A DNA stretch of 64,000 nt. It comes from Nematocida ausubeli. Its lineage: Eukaryota. Below are positions 50,963-60,857 of the stretch, piece by piece. Position 1 is the stretch's first letter. The number at the start of each line of letters is the position of its first letter. The stretch lies in NCBI RefSeq assembly GCF_000738915.1, contig NW_026515636.1, forward strand, positions 459,175 through 523,174. The letters run 5' to 3'. A model generated the notes under the pieces. The model was not told the DNA's origin and made no database searches. It saw only the letters and a program-made list of their open reading frames with translations. Position numbers and translations under genes: made by a program.

Positions 50963-52687
50963 ATGAGAGCCAACGACTTGCTTGAAATAGAAGAAAGAAT
51001 TTCAAGTCTTTTAGCTAAGGAGGAAAAGAAGAAGGGAGAGCGCGTTGCCATGCTAAAACAGATCCAAGAGAGCATTGACAAAAGGCGAAAGCTATGCCAA
51101 GAGCTCGAGCAAGAGAAACAAAAGCGAATAGATAATCTAAACAAACAAAAGGAAGCACTCGAAAAAGCAAAACAAATAGCGCAAAATAAAGAGAATGAAG
51201 AAAGCGCAGAAAGAAGGGAAAGAATCTGGAAGGAATACGTGCAGGCAATTGAGAATATAAACAAAGTAGAGCTTGTTCTCTCAAAGGACATGGCAGGCAC
51301 AGTCAAAAAGATAGTTTCAATGGGGCACGAAGCAAAGGCATCTGGATTTGACAGTCTGGCGCACGCAGTAACACAGCATCTTATGCAAGAAATAAGAAGG
51401 TTTATTGTTGAGTGCAAGAAGGCATCAAGCACTCTTAGAGTAGACAGACTGATTGGTCTTGTAAAAGGACTGAATAGGTCGATTGCTTTATGCGAGAGCA
51501 AAGCAGGTAAAATAGAAAATAGAAGAGATGTCTATCTAGATGGATTCTTTGCAGATTTAGAGGAAAACTTCTCAAACCACTTCTTCAGCCAGTTTGAGAC
51601 AAATAGACTGGACAAGCCAGAGTGGTACCTGGAGTACCTTATAGGCAGCTTGGCAGAGCACGAGACAATATTTTTGGTTCTATCACAGATTGATGAGCTG
51701 GAGATGGAAAATGAAGAATCAGAGGTCATAAGAGAGAAGGTGTACTTCCATGGGCTAATTGACAGAATCTTCAGTAAAATCATCACAAAGAAGCTGAAGG
51801 AGTGCATTTACAGCAAGTCCAAGCAGCAGAAGGAGCTAATTATGCACCACTCGCAAGAACTCTCCGTATTTGAGAGAGAATTGCAGACGCGTTATAGATA
51901 CAAAAGAGCAGAAAAACTTCAGCAGAAAGAAGTCTCATACATAGAAGACTTGTTCATTGGGCTGGCAGAAGAAGAACTACAAGGCATTATGAAGAAAGAC
52001 TATACTGAATGGAGTGAACTGTTTATGTACCTGATTAAGACAATATTTAAGCAGTCTGCCACACTCTATTCCGTCCTACCAGATGCTCATGCTGTTCTTC
52101 TTGAGGCTGCAATCAAGAAATATCTGGAGGGTTTGGCTGCATTTCTGAATTCTTTCTTGTATCAAAACACTGAAGAACAAGATATTCTAGTGCATTTCAT
52201 AGAGGAAATAGCACATTTAGAAGAGGAACTGATCGACATTGAGACGGAGTTTGGTATCTTAATAGGGGAGGTAACCATTCTAAAGGTGCCATATTTAGGA
52301 GTGTTTAAGAAGGACATGCTAGATATCTTAGAAAGAGTTCTAGAAGAAAAAATAGAAACAGCACTGCACCCGCTTGCTAGCTACAGGTACATGGAAGAGC
52401 AAGAAGAAGCAAAAGCCATAACTGAAATAGAGGAAATTGTCGAGTATGAACTCTCTCGTATAGAAACGCAAGGACTTGGTGATTGGATGCGAGGCACAAT
52501 TGGCGCACAGATGGACAGATATATTTCTGAAAATGTACTGTCTGCCTCTATTGAAGAGGAGTCTGATATTGCCAAATTCAAAGAAATACTTAAACGCCTA
52601 ATAGAAATACTTAAACAAAATGGCATAGAAAATTCACTGCCCCAGTGCGAGACCAAATGCCAAGAAATGCTTGCCAAGTTGCATTAA
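50963..52687 (+). CDS. TIP20: Tip20/RINT-1 family ER tethering factor (Dsl1 complex)
   Basis: Hallmark HF....ETNRLDKPEWYL motif after an N-terminal coiled coil. First ATG at 50963. Confidence 0.85.
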   Translation: MRANDLLEIEERISSLLAKEEKKKGERVAMLKQIQESIDKRRKLCQELEQEKQKRIDNLNKQKEALEKAKQIAQNKENEESAERRERIWKEYVQAIENINKVELVLSKDMAGTVKKIVSMGHEAKASGFDSLAHAVTQHLMQEIRRFIVECKKASSTLRVDRLIGLVKGLNRSIALCESKAGKIENRRDVYLDGFFADLEENFSNHFFSQFETNRLDKPEWYLEYLIGSLAEHETIFLVLSQIDELEMENEESEVIREKVYFHGLIDRIFSKIITKKLKECIYSKSKQQKELIMHHSQELSVFERELQTRYRYKRAEKLQQKEVSYIEDLFIGLAEEELQGIMKKDYTEWSELFMYLIKTIFKQSATLYSVLPDAHAVLLEAAIKKYLEGLAAFLNSFLYQNTEEQDILVHFIEEIAHLEEELIDIETEFGILIGEVTILKVPYLGVFKKDMLDILERVLEEKIETALHPLASYRYMEEQEEAKAITEIEEIVEYELSRIETQGLGDWMRGTIGAQMDRYISENVLSASIEEESDIAKFKEILKRLIEILKQNGIENSLPQCETKCQEMLAKLH

Positions 52688-53791
52688 ATATCAGAACATG
52701 TTAATAAAATGCCCTTAACAAACAAGCTATCTACATATTTAGGCCACTATTTATTGCAATATGCTCATGCACTGCATATTTTGCCTATTTCGCCATCTGC
52801 AACAAGTGGGTTTTTCTCACAGTTAGATGCACTTTATACTGCATTCCTTGGGTCTAGTTATTTCAGAAAGACAAATAATCCTATAGAAGTACAGATTATT
52901 TCTTCACAGCAGGTATTCAATCTCCTGTGAATTCACACAGAGACTAGAGTATATGTATTTATGCAAGATACAAACTATTTAAGCTATAAATTTAAATAGA
53001 TCAGTTTATTAAGAGCAAACAAATAAACACATGTTTGCAGTGATTCGTGTGAATCGATGAAAATGCACATTTCATTAAGAAATAAAGACAGATCTATAAT
53101 ACTCTCATTATATCCATGAATATTCCCTCTTAAACAGATATAATTAAACTCATGCACTTAGCACTAGAGTACACTGTAAATTCATTTAAATGAATTTTTC
53201 TCTTAAGATGTAGTACTAGAAATATTTCAAGTCTAATGAAATTTTATATGAAAAAAGTATACGAGTGTAAGTCAAAATGAATATCCAAATATAACTAAAA
53301 CCATAGAGAAGAGTGAGTTATCTTAAGACAGATGGGTTCCTGTGGAAATAATAGAATGGTTATTTTTGTTTTATTTTAGGCTGAGTTTTATATAAAGTCC
53401 TTGGAGTAGTACTATGACAGAGTCTTTAATGAAGCGTATGACTGTCTAGACTGTATATTAAAAAATTAATACGTGTCATATATGGGATATTTTATTTGAG
53501 TGTGCTCTTATACAGAGATATTTACAGTGAAAATAACTATGTCCTTGTTGCTTCATACGCCTAGTGGTTATAGAATACTCTTGTTTGCACTAGTTTGCAT
53601 GTACATTGGGCCTATTGTGATTTAATTTATTTTTAGACTCTAGTGAAATTGTGCCGCATAGGCATTGATTCTGGGTTAATTAAATTTAAATGAATTAATC
53701 CTGGGATGTATACGGGTGCATAGTGCCTTCAGCGTATGCAAAAATATAGAGTCTCTGGAGATCGTAAGTGCGAGTGTGGAAAAGGACAAAA

Positions 53792-53908
53792 AGTGCAGCA
53801 CTCTGTGTTCCCACGCGGTCTCCCATCGCAGTACTATCAAAGCTGTCACGCGCTTAACTTCAGAGATCGAACGGGTTCTGGTGTGTACGCAGGCATATGG
53901 CCGCACGA
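53792..53908 (-). rRNA. 5S rRNA (single dispersed copy)
   Basis: Minus strand reads GTGCGGCCATA...CCGTTCGATCTCTGAAGTTAAGC...TAGTACT..ATGGGAGACCGCGTGGGAA...GTGCTGCAC. The ends pair as helix I and a T5 terminator follows. Confidence 0.95.
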
Positions 53909-54209
53909 GTATTAGTTACCTGCTGGCTCCTTGTGGGCGGCATGTTAGTCTTAGATGAGCTTTGTCTTTTGCTTGTGTGGTTTTTTAAAGTTTCTTTTTG
54001 CAACTTTTGGCTTGTCTGTGTATATGAGCATGTAAATATGTTTAGGCCCTTATATAAGCAATCCTGTGATGTGTATTAATTCTGAGTAAATTTCATGCAT
54101 TTGGTATAAATTATGTCTAAGGAGTAATATAGACTAAGTTATCAGATGAAAATAATATTAAAGAAAACACACTATACAGATGCAAAAGTCCTTTATATGC
54201 AAGGGTTTA

Positions 54210-54496
54210 TGTGGTAAAATTCCCACTTTCAATAAACCCTGTGACAAAAGGACATCTATGATAAATGCACTTTCCGGACGATTTCTCGTATATCAAAAAC
54301 TGACTATATAATAGTTAGAATAATTCAGAAAAAAGGAATATGTCCGAACCCAAGAATACAATTATCAAAAATGCATCCGGTCAAAGGCACCGCAGACATC
54401 CACAGGATTCCAATAATAAAAGTCCCTGGACAACCTCACTCTCTATTCTCGACTATTATCTCCGGACTAGCTCGTCGCCCCCTTTTGGGCACGTCA
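54210..54496 (+). mobile_element. Solo-LTR-like repeat, family B copy 3 (TGTGG...CGTCA; GTTTA target-site duplication)
   Basis: Termini TGTGGTAAAATT and GGCACGTCA are shared with copy 1. GTTTA at 54205-54209 and 54497-54501. Confidence 0.65.
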
Positions 54497-54797
54497 GTTT
54501 ATATATACTACTAGATATATCTGGATATTTCACTGTTAACTTTTTAATATTTTGACATATTTATTTTCTGTGCTCTTATTAATCTTCTCTACTAGAGCAA
54601 TAAAGGGCTTATATTTGCATCTTTGAGATTTTGTGCAAATATAAGAGTGCTGCCATGCGTATACAGAAAGAACGTGCATAATATTATTTGGGAGATGCCA
54701 GTATATTTCTGCATATTTCTGCATATTTTTGGTGATTTTTCTGTGCATTTTGGTGATTTTTAGACAAAGTTTTATAACGGATCATAATTTTATTTTT

Positions 54798-55928
54798 ATG
54801 ACAGAAGACAAGAAACATGATGTCAAATTTGCCCAAAAAGCAGTTGTCTTTGATGAGTTTAAAGTGGGTGTTGAATTCTGCAAGCACAACAGAGATGAGC
54901 TTCTTGGGGAACTTCCAAGTAACCATCCTTGTGTGAAAGAAGGCAATATTTTCGAGAGAATGAGTACGTACTTTATTCTTCCTCTTTTAAAAGATATGCT
55001 AACTTGGGTCTTTGAGTTTCTTAGGAATCTTGTAAACTTTGGCTACATGGAGTGCCTTTACATTCTGACCTTCTATTTCTACCTTTCAAGTTATAGCATC
55101 TATTCCGAGCAGTTTCACGGGATGAAAATGTTCATGACAACTGCCAGTGATATTCTATTATACGTACCACTTATTGCAGCCCAGATTGTGCACACATGGG
55201 AGAATTCTGGGAATAGTATACTTCTACCTATTCTCTACACTATCATATGCTATCTAATTATTCTCATCCCAAGATTTATTTTAATCATGGTGGAGAACGT
55301 AAAAAACGGTCTTTGGACATTTTCTGTGAGCACTGTTAAAACGGAAAAGCCCATTTATGGGATAATATGCGCATACACTGTATTTCTTGCTGTGCCCAGT
55401 ATATTAGCCATATATTCAACAGGCTTTAAAATGCTGCCTGATTCATTTACCATGTTGGAGACAACGGATTTGTATATTCGAGAGTGCATTGCTGGCCTAA
55501 TTTCATTCTTGATCATTCGGATTATATTCCTGTATTCAGAATGCTTTATGGACAGGACCCCGTATAAGAAAAAGAATCTACTCTCATGCGAAGAGGATGC
55601 TGCCAAACTAAGACGTGTTCTTCTTTTGTTTATGGTTTACACCACCTTCTGCATTGGTTCTATTGCATTCATGTACACATACTATTCTTTCCAAAGAGCA
55701 GCCACTGACACAAATATTGTTGAAGACATACGGTGCATCAACTATGCTGCCACTAGGGTTATGAGTGATCCTGTCTCAATTGTTGCCTCTCTTGCAAAGA
55801 AGGGCTTCAAGGACTTCTGGTCTGGCATTAAGAATGTTGCTAGCAGCGCATGGGATTCAACCAAAAACAGTGTTTCTTATGCACTGGGTTCAGTTGGTCG
55901 TTTATTCACAAGATTGGGTAAAGTTTAG
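54798..55928 (+). CDS. Hypothetical multi-pass membrane protein
   Basis: ORF with about 6-7 hydrophobic segments and an amphipathic C-terminal tail. First ATG at 54798. Confidence 0.8.
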   Translation: MTEDKKHDVKFAQKAVVFDEFKVGVEFCKHNRDELLGELPSNHPCVKEGNIFERMSTYFILPLLKDMLTWVFEFLRNLVNFGYMECLYILTFYFYLSSYSIYSEQFHGMKMFMTTASDILLYVPLIAAQIVHTWENSGNSILLPILYTIICYLIILIPRFILIMVENVKNGLWTFSVSTVKTEKPIYGIICAYTVFLAVPSILAIYSTGFKMLPDSFTMLETTDLYIRECIAGLISFLIIRIIFLYSECFMDRTPYKKKNLLSCEEDAAKLRRVLLLFMVYTTFCIGSIAFMYTYYSFQRAATDTNIVEDIRCINYAATRVMSDPVSIVASLAKKGFKDFWSGIKNVASSAWDSTKNSVSYALGSVGRLFTRLGKV

Positions 55929-56500
55929 TTCTCATGCACTCCCATCCACACAATATTACAAAAATATCTGCCTTTAGCAGGCACTGCGAGATATAATCAA
56001 TGGCTTTAGTTGCAGCCCACAAATACTATGCGTGCCTGCCTACTTTTTATGTAAGCTTGATTCGTTCCTTTATATGAAGCCTCTGCATCACAGACAAAAT
56101 TAACTAGAGAAATTTCTGGTCTCTAAATGACAGACATTTCACTGCAAAAGAACTATTTAAATATGCAGTGTCTAAAAGAATTTTGACAGCTTTTTATGTG
56201 ACAGCATTAAGCAATCAGGCAATAAGACACATACAAAATAATAAAGAGACTTTCTTAATATGCAAATTATTCTAGAACTCAGCTGCAAAGGAAGACTCTT
56301 TCTATCACTTCATATGCAGTCTGGAAATTCTATAATACTGCTACTATATACAATAGGCCTGCATATTCTAATGAGTTAGCACTAGATATCTGTGCTTATT
56401 GTAAGACTGGTTTCTTTATTTATTTTATTCATGGGCGTGCAGGCAGCCCGATATAACAAATGAACACTGCTTGGTCTGGTGACCATGACAGGTTATGGTG

Positions 56501-59089
56501 TTACTGGTCTGATGAAAGACTTCCTTTTTTGTCTTTTAGTAGGCCAGTGAATAAAAACTGTGCCCTCTTCTGGAGATCATGCGGTGTGCGCACCTTCAGA
56601 TAGTAGTCAAAGCTGAACTCTTCTGCCTCACGAATTCTGTTCCATAGCTCGTCGTAGCACTCTGGTGTGCCCATCTTTTTGTTCAGAATCCGCAGAATAA
56701 ATCTGTCTGCCTCTTCTGTATATCCAATAGACTTATTGCTAATTGGGTATGGAATCTTAAAGTTGTCGCCTTCTTTCTTTATCTTTTCTCTTAGATACTC
56801 CTTTATCTTCAGAGACCGCATGATCTTGTGCTCGCCCTTCTGCACTTGTAGACGTATTTTGTCTGCGTCTGCTAGTTCATCTATTCTGGCCCAGAAGACC
56901 TTTCCGTACTTCTCTACCTCCTCTACGCTCTTGTCAGAGAGACTGGCTGAGATCTTTTTTACATTGTCTCTTCCGTACCGCTCACATGCTTTTACATATA
57001 TCCAGAAGTCTCGCTTTGCCCAGTTGTTAAACCCTTCCTCGTAGAGTGTCTTTTTTTCTGCCTTCTCTGCTGGTGTTAGAAGGTCCTCTGGGTCTCCTGT
57101 GGCCTGGAACTTTTCTATTTCTTTCTTCTGGAGGAGATGCAGCCGCTGTGGATGGAACTGGTAGTCTGGGAGATTAAACTGCCGAATGCCAGTTGACTTT
57201 CTCTTGGTAAGGATGCCCTGCGTAATTCCGCGGGTTCTTCCTCCCTCTGGTTCTACAATGTACTTTGCCAGCTTTTGCTTTGCACTTTTTACGCTATAGT
57301 CTTCTCCCTCCCACTCGTATGCCTTTATCTCATTTCCGCCTAGGTCCTTCAAAACTCCCTGCTCATCGATCTTTGAGTTCATCAGGTCTGTCTTCTCCAT
57401 GCCAATCCGAATGGTCTCCTCAATTGATCGATCTAGCTTGCTGTCCGTGTCAAAAACATTATCCACTCCGCTTGCCAGAATGCTCAGCAGCTCATTCTGC
57501 GATATTGCATTGTCCTTTTTCTTTTGGTTTTGCACAATGATCTCATCAAGCTTCAGCTTTTTCATCGCTCTTTCCAGTATCTTCTCCTCTATTGTGTTCT
57601 CTGTCAGAAAGTTAAAAACGAACACCTGCTTCTTCTGCCCTATTCTGTGCGCCCTGTCCTGCGCCTGCAGGTCCATCTGTGGGTTCCAGTCGTTGTCATA
57701 CACTATGACCACATCTGCTGTGGCTAGGTTAATTCCAAGACCACCTGCTCGGGTACTCAGTAAAAAGATGAACATCTCGCTGTTTGGCTTGTTAAACTCC
57801 TCAATTGCCTCACACCTGTCTTCTGTGCTTGTGCTTCCATCAATCCTGCAGTATTCATGCTGCCTCAGGTTGCAGTAGTCCTCTAGGATGTCAAGCATGC
57901 GCGTCATTTGACTGAAAATCAAAACTCTGCTGCCCTTTTGCTTTAAATGCACCAGAAGCTTGTCTAGAATGAGCATCTTCCCACTGTTATCTATAATGTG
58001 CTCTCCTGTGGTGTATGGAGGGCCTGGCTCAGCCCCATCAAATAGGTACGGATGGTTGCAGCACTTCCGCAGCTGGCACACAATGTTCATTAGCTGCATC
58101 TTGGACCCCTCATTCACCAGATTCTCTGCGTCTTTCTCCAGGATCATTTTGTACCACGTTCTTTGCATCTCTGTCAGTGGAGTGTACAGGTTGATGATTT
58201 TCTTTGGAAGCAAGGACTTTTCCACGTCCGCCTTCTCTCTTCTTAGGATGAATAAGCCAAGCAGGTTTCTGAGCTTATCTACTGTTTCATTGTCTACGTC
58301 ATTTGAAGAGGACTCCACCCATGCATCAAAGCCCTCCCCATCAGAGAACACCTCCGGCGCAAGAAAGTTCAGAAGAGCCCACAGCTCGTGAATGTTATTC
58401 TGCAGTGGAGTACCTGTAAGCAGAAGCCTGTGCGCGCACGGAATAATGCGGACCACCTTGCTCAGAACAGTCTGCTCATTTTTAATTCTGTGCGCCTCAT
58501 CAATAACAATGTACTGCCACTCCACAGACTGCAGCTGTGTCTTTCCAGCCAAGCACATCTCATATGTAGTAATGCATGCAATATAGTCTAGCTCCTGCAG
58601 CTCTTTTGCTTTTGTTCGGATGTCCTTCCGGCTGCAGTGGAAGATAATGGTCTTGACCCCTGGCATGAACTTTTTAAACTCATTCTTCCAATTCTGCAGA
58701 GTTGACTTTGGCACTATCAAAAGATTTGGCAGCTTGTTCTTCTTTGCAGTGTACAAGTATCCAAGCAGTGAAATTGTTTGGAGAGTCTTTCCCAGACCCA
58801 TTTCGTCTGCCAGAATGCAATTAATCTTCTTTTCGTACATGTTTATAAGCCAGTTCAGCCCTTCTATTTGATAATGCCGAAGAGTCCCCGTAATGTACCC
58901 AGGCGAGTGCGTGAACGTAAATGCCTCTGAGTCGTCCATTCCGAACTCATCCTCTTCATTCTTTGTGCTTCGCTCTAGCTTGGTTTTTTTGACCGCTCGC
59001 TTAGATGTTTTTTTGTTTCCCAAGAGGATTTGGAAAAGCATATTGTCCCCAATGAATTCTTTGTACCTTTCGATTACTTCCTCTTTCAT
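56501..59089 (-). CDS. ISWI-family chromatin remodelling ATPase
   Basis: ILADEMGLGKT, DEAH, LRKCCNHPYLFDGAEPGPPY, STRAGGLGINL, QAQDRAHRIGQ, C-terminal SANT/SLIDE region. GGGG before the ATG. Confidence 0.96.
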   Translation of the reverse strand: MKEEVIERYKEFIGDNMLFQILLGNKKTSKRAVKKTKLERSTKNEEDEFGMDDSEAFTFTHSPGYITGTLRHYQIEGLNWLINMYEKKINCILADEMGLGKTLQTISLLGYLYTAKKNKLPNLLIVPKSTLQNWKNEFKKFMPGVKTIIFHCSRKDIRTKAKELQELDYIACITTYEMCLAGKTQLQSVEWQYIVIDEAHRIKNEQTVLSKVVRIIPCAHRLLLTGTPLQNNIHELWALLNFLAPEVFSDGEGFDAWVESSSNDVDNETVDKLRNLLGLFILRREKADVEKSLLPKKIINLYTPLTEMQRTWYKMILEKDAENLVNEGSKMQLMNIVCQLRKCCNHPYLFDGAEPGPPYTTGEHIIDNSGKMLILDKLLVHLKQKGSRVLIFSQMTRMLDILEDYCNLRQHEYCRIDGSTSTEDRCEAIEEFNKPNSEMFIFLLSTRAGGLGINLATADVVIVYDNDWNPQMDLQAQDRAHRIGQKKQVFVFNFLTENTIEEKILERAMKKLKLDEIIVQNQKKKDNAISQNELLSILASGVDNVFDTDSKLDRSIEETIRIGMEKTDLMNSKIDEQGVLKDLGGNEIKAYEWEGEDYSVKSAKQKLAKYIVEPEGGRTRGITQGILTKRKSTGIRQFNLPDYQFHPQRLHLLQKKEIEKFQATGDPEDLLTPAEKAEKKTLYEEGFNNWAKRDFWIYVKACERYGRDNVKKISASLSDKSVEEVEKYGKVFWARIDELADADKIRLQVQKGEHKIMRSLKIKEYLREKIKKEGDNFKIPYPISNKSIGYTEEADRFILRILNKKMGTPECYDELWNRIREAEEFSFDYYLKVRTPHDLQKRAQFLFTGLLKDKKGSLSSDQ

Positions 59090-60857
59090 CCCCTACAATT
59101 TTTTAAAATAAATAAACTATCTAAATATCTTTGATACGTTGTATGAAGAGATCTAAACGTGATCTACCCACTGCCTGTGAAAGTCTGCTCGATTTACCCC
59201 TTTTTACAGAAGACAGTTTTCTGCGTGGTGCTTTTCTAAGAAAACAGGCATGATTTCTACAGAACAGCACAGTCCAAGTGAACTACTTTGTAGGCAGCAG
59301 ATTGAAATATTAATAAACAGACTTAGAATTTTCTGAAATTGCATGCTTCTATGCAAACATGCTTTCCAGTTCGTGCAACAGAAACATAGTGCATTTTATT
59401 GCAGGGTGAAAACCTGCACTGCTTTTTGCAAAAGACTAGAATCTGGGTCTGCATCCATAATTAAAAAGTGTATAGTTGAATTAATGGACCTTTATTACTA
59501 CCTAACAAACATCTTGTTTCACCATGCATCGGGTATATACTTTCTGATGCAAAGATACTCTTGAGTTTGATATTGCAATTAAGATATTTTGCTTGTTTTC
59601 TGCTCTATTTATACTTATATTTTTGTAATTGGTGCAAATGCTCTTATTAGTTTCTTCGGTTTTGCATCAATCAGAAAAACTCCTGTAATACACCAACCAG
59701 ATGCACATACAGAGCATAAATATCCACTTAAAGTGGTAGAATACTGAGAAATCCGCTTTTTTGAATGGACCTATCACATTTCAATGTAAGTAGCTACTAA
59801 GCCTTTCTTTGGCTCTAATTGGTGTATATATGCAAAGTGTAAATTTTTTAGTGCAAAGAGCAAATAACTTCACCCACCTTCTTTGAAATTTAGGCTATTG
59901 GTGCTAACAAGCGAAGTAGACTAGCAAAATAGGACATTCTATTATGGCATCCAGAAAATTATGATTTTGTTTTAAGCATGTTAGAATATTATGCTAATTT
60001 CTCTGCCTTAAGAGCACAAATTTCTCTATATGGGCTAGAACTGTAGGGTATTGAGTCATTCGGGTTAAATCGGGTTTATTTTTGGCTAACACATTCTGAG
60101 GACTTTGCTTTATTTATGTGCTGTGCTACTTTACAGTCTATATTTTTAGCTTGTTTTTCTGGTTAAGCCTGGCTTTATGTATCTTTCTAATAGAGATACT
60201 GCCTGTTGTTTAAATCATGTACCAATGCGTTGGCATTCTGTCTATAGATAAAGAACAAAGATAAATAGAATGCAGCAAGATATTTGCATATTGCATATAC
60301 TTAAGATAAGCTGCAGCTCACTAGAATTTCACTAGAAAGTGCTTATCTAAAATGAGGTATATTTAGGAAGGTTTTATTCATATTTGCTGGCGGTAGATGC
60401 TTTTTGGTGCTGTCTCTGTATATATCTATTTGTGCTGAAAACTATATATATCTATTTGTGCTATTATTGTTGTGTGCTGTATTTTACATGTTCTCTAGAG
60501 AGTATAAAACAGAAGTCATCTGATTTCTAATTTTACAAACCCATTTGAAGATCTTTATGCACTAGGGAATTGAAAATGCCCTTATATGTTATTGTATACA
60601 CTATCTCTCTTATCGGCTGATGGTTCTTTAAATATATGCGTTTTTAGGCTTTTCCAAGATCTTTCAATATAAAAGTGAATAAACGCTACTTTCTAAAAAA
60701 TGTGTAAGCGAAGAATAATTTTATTGAAATTATTTGAAAATAATTTGAAGAGAAGCCTTTATTATAATTAAGAAAAAAAACTCTTTAAAGTAGAGAAGTG
60801 TCTAATTCAACGCACTGCACAAAGCAATAAGATATATGCTTTAATCAAAAGAACACA

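Noticed and set aside
53676..54079. Short ORFs overlapping the 5S locus
   Set aside because: Explained by the 5S rRNA sequence.
54703..54762. Short tandem duplications (ATATTTCTGC; TTTTGGTGATTTTT)
   Set aside because: Low-complexity microduplications with no further support.
60419..60462. 18-bp direct repeat TATATATCTATTTGTGCT, two copies
   Set aside because: A local slippage duplication in AT-rich DNA. It is not CRISPR-like (two units, eukaryotic context).
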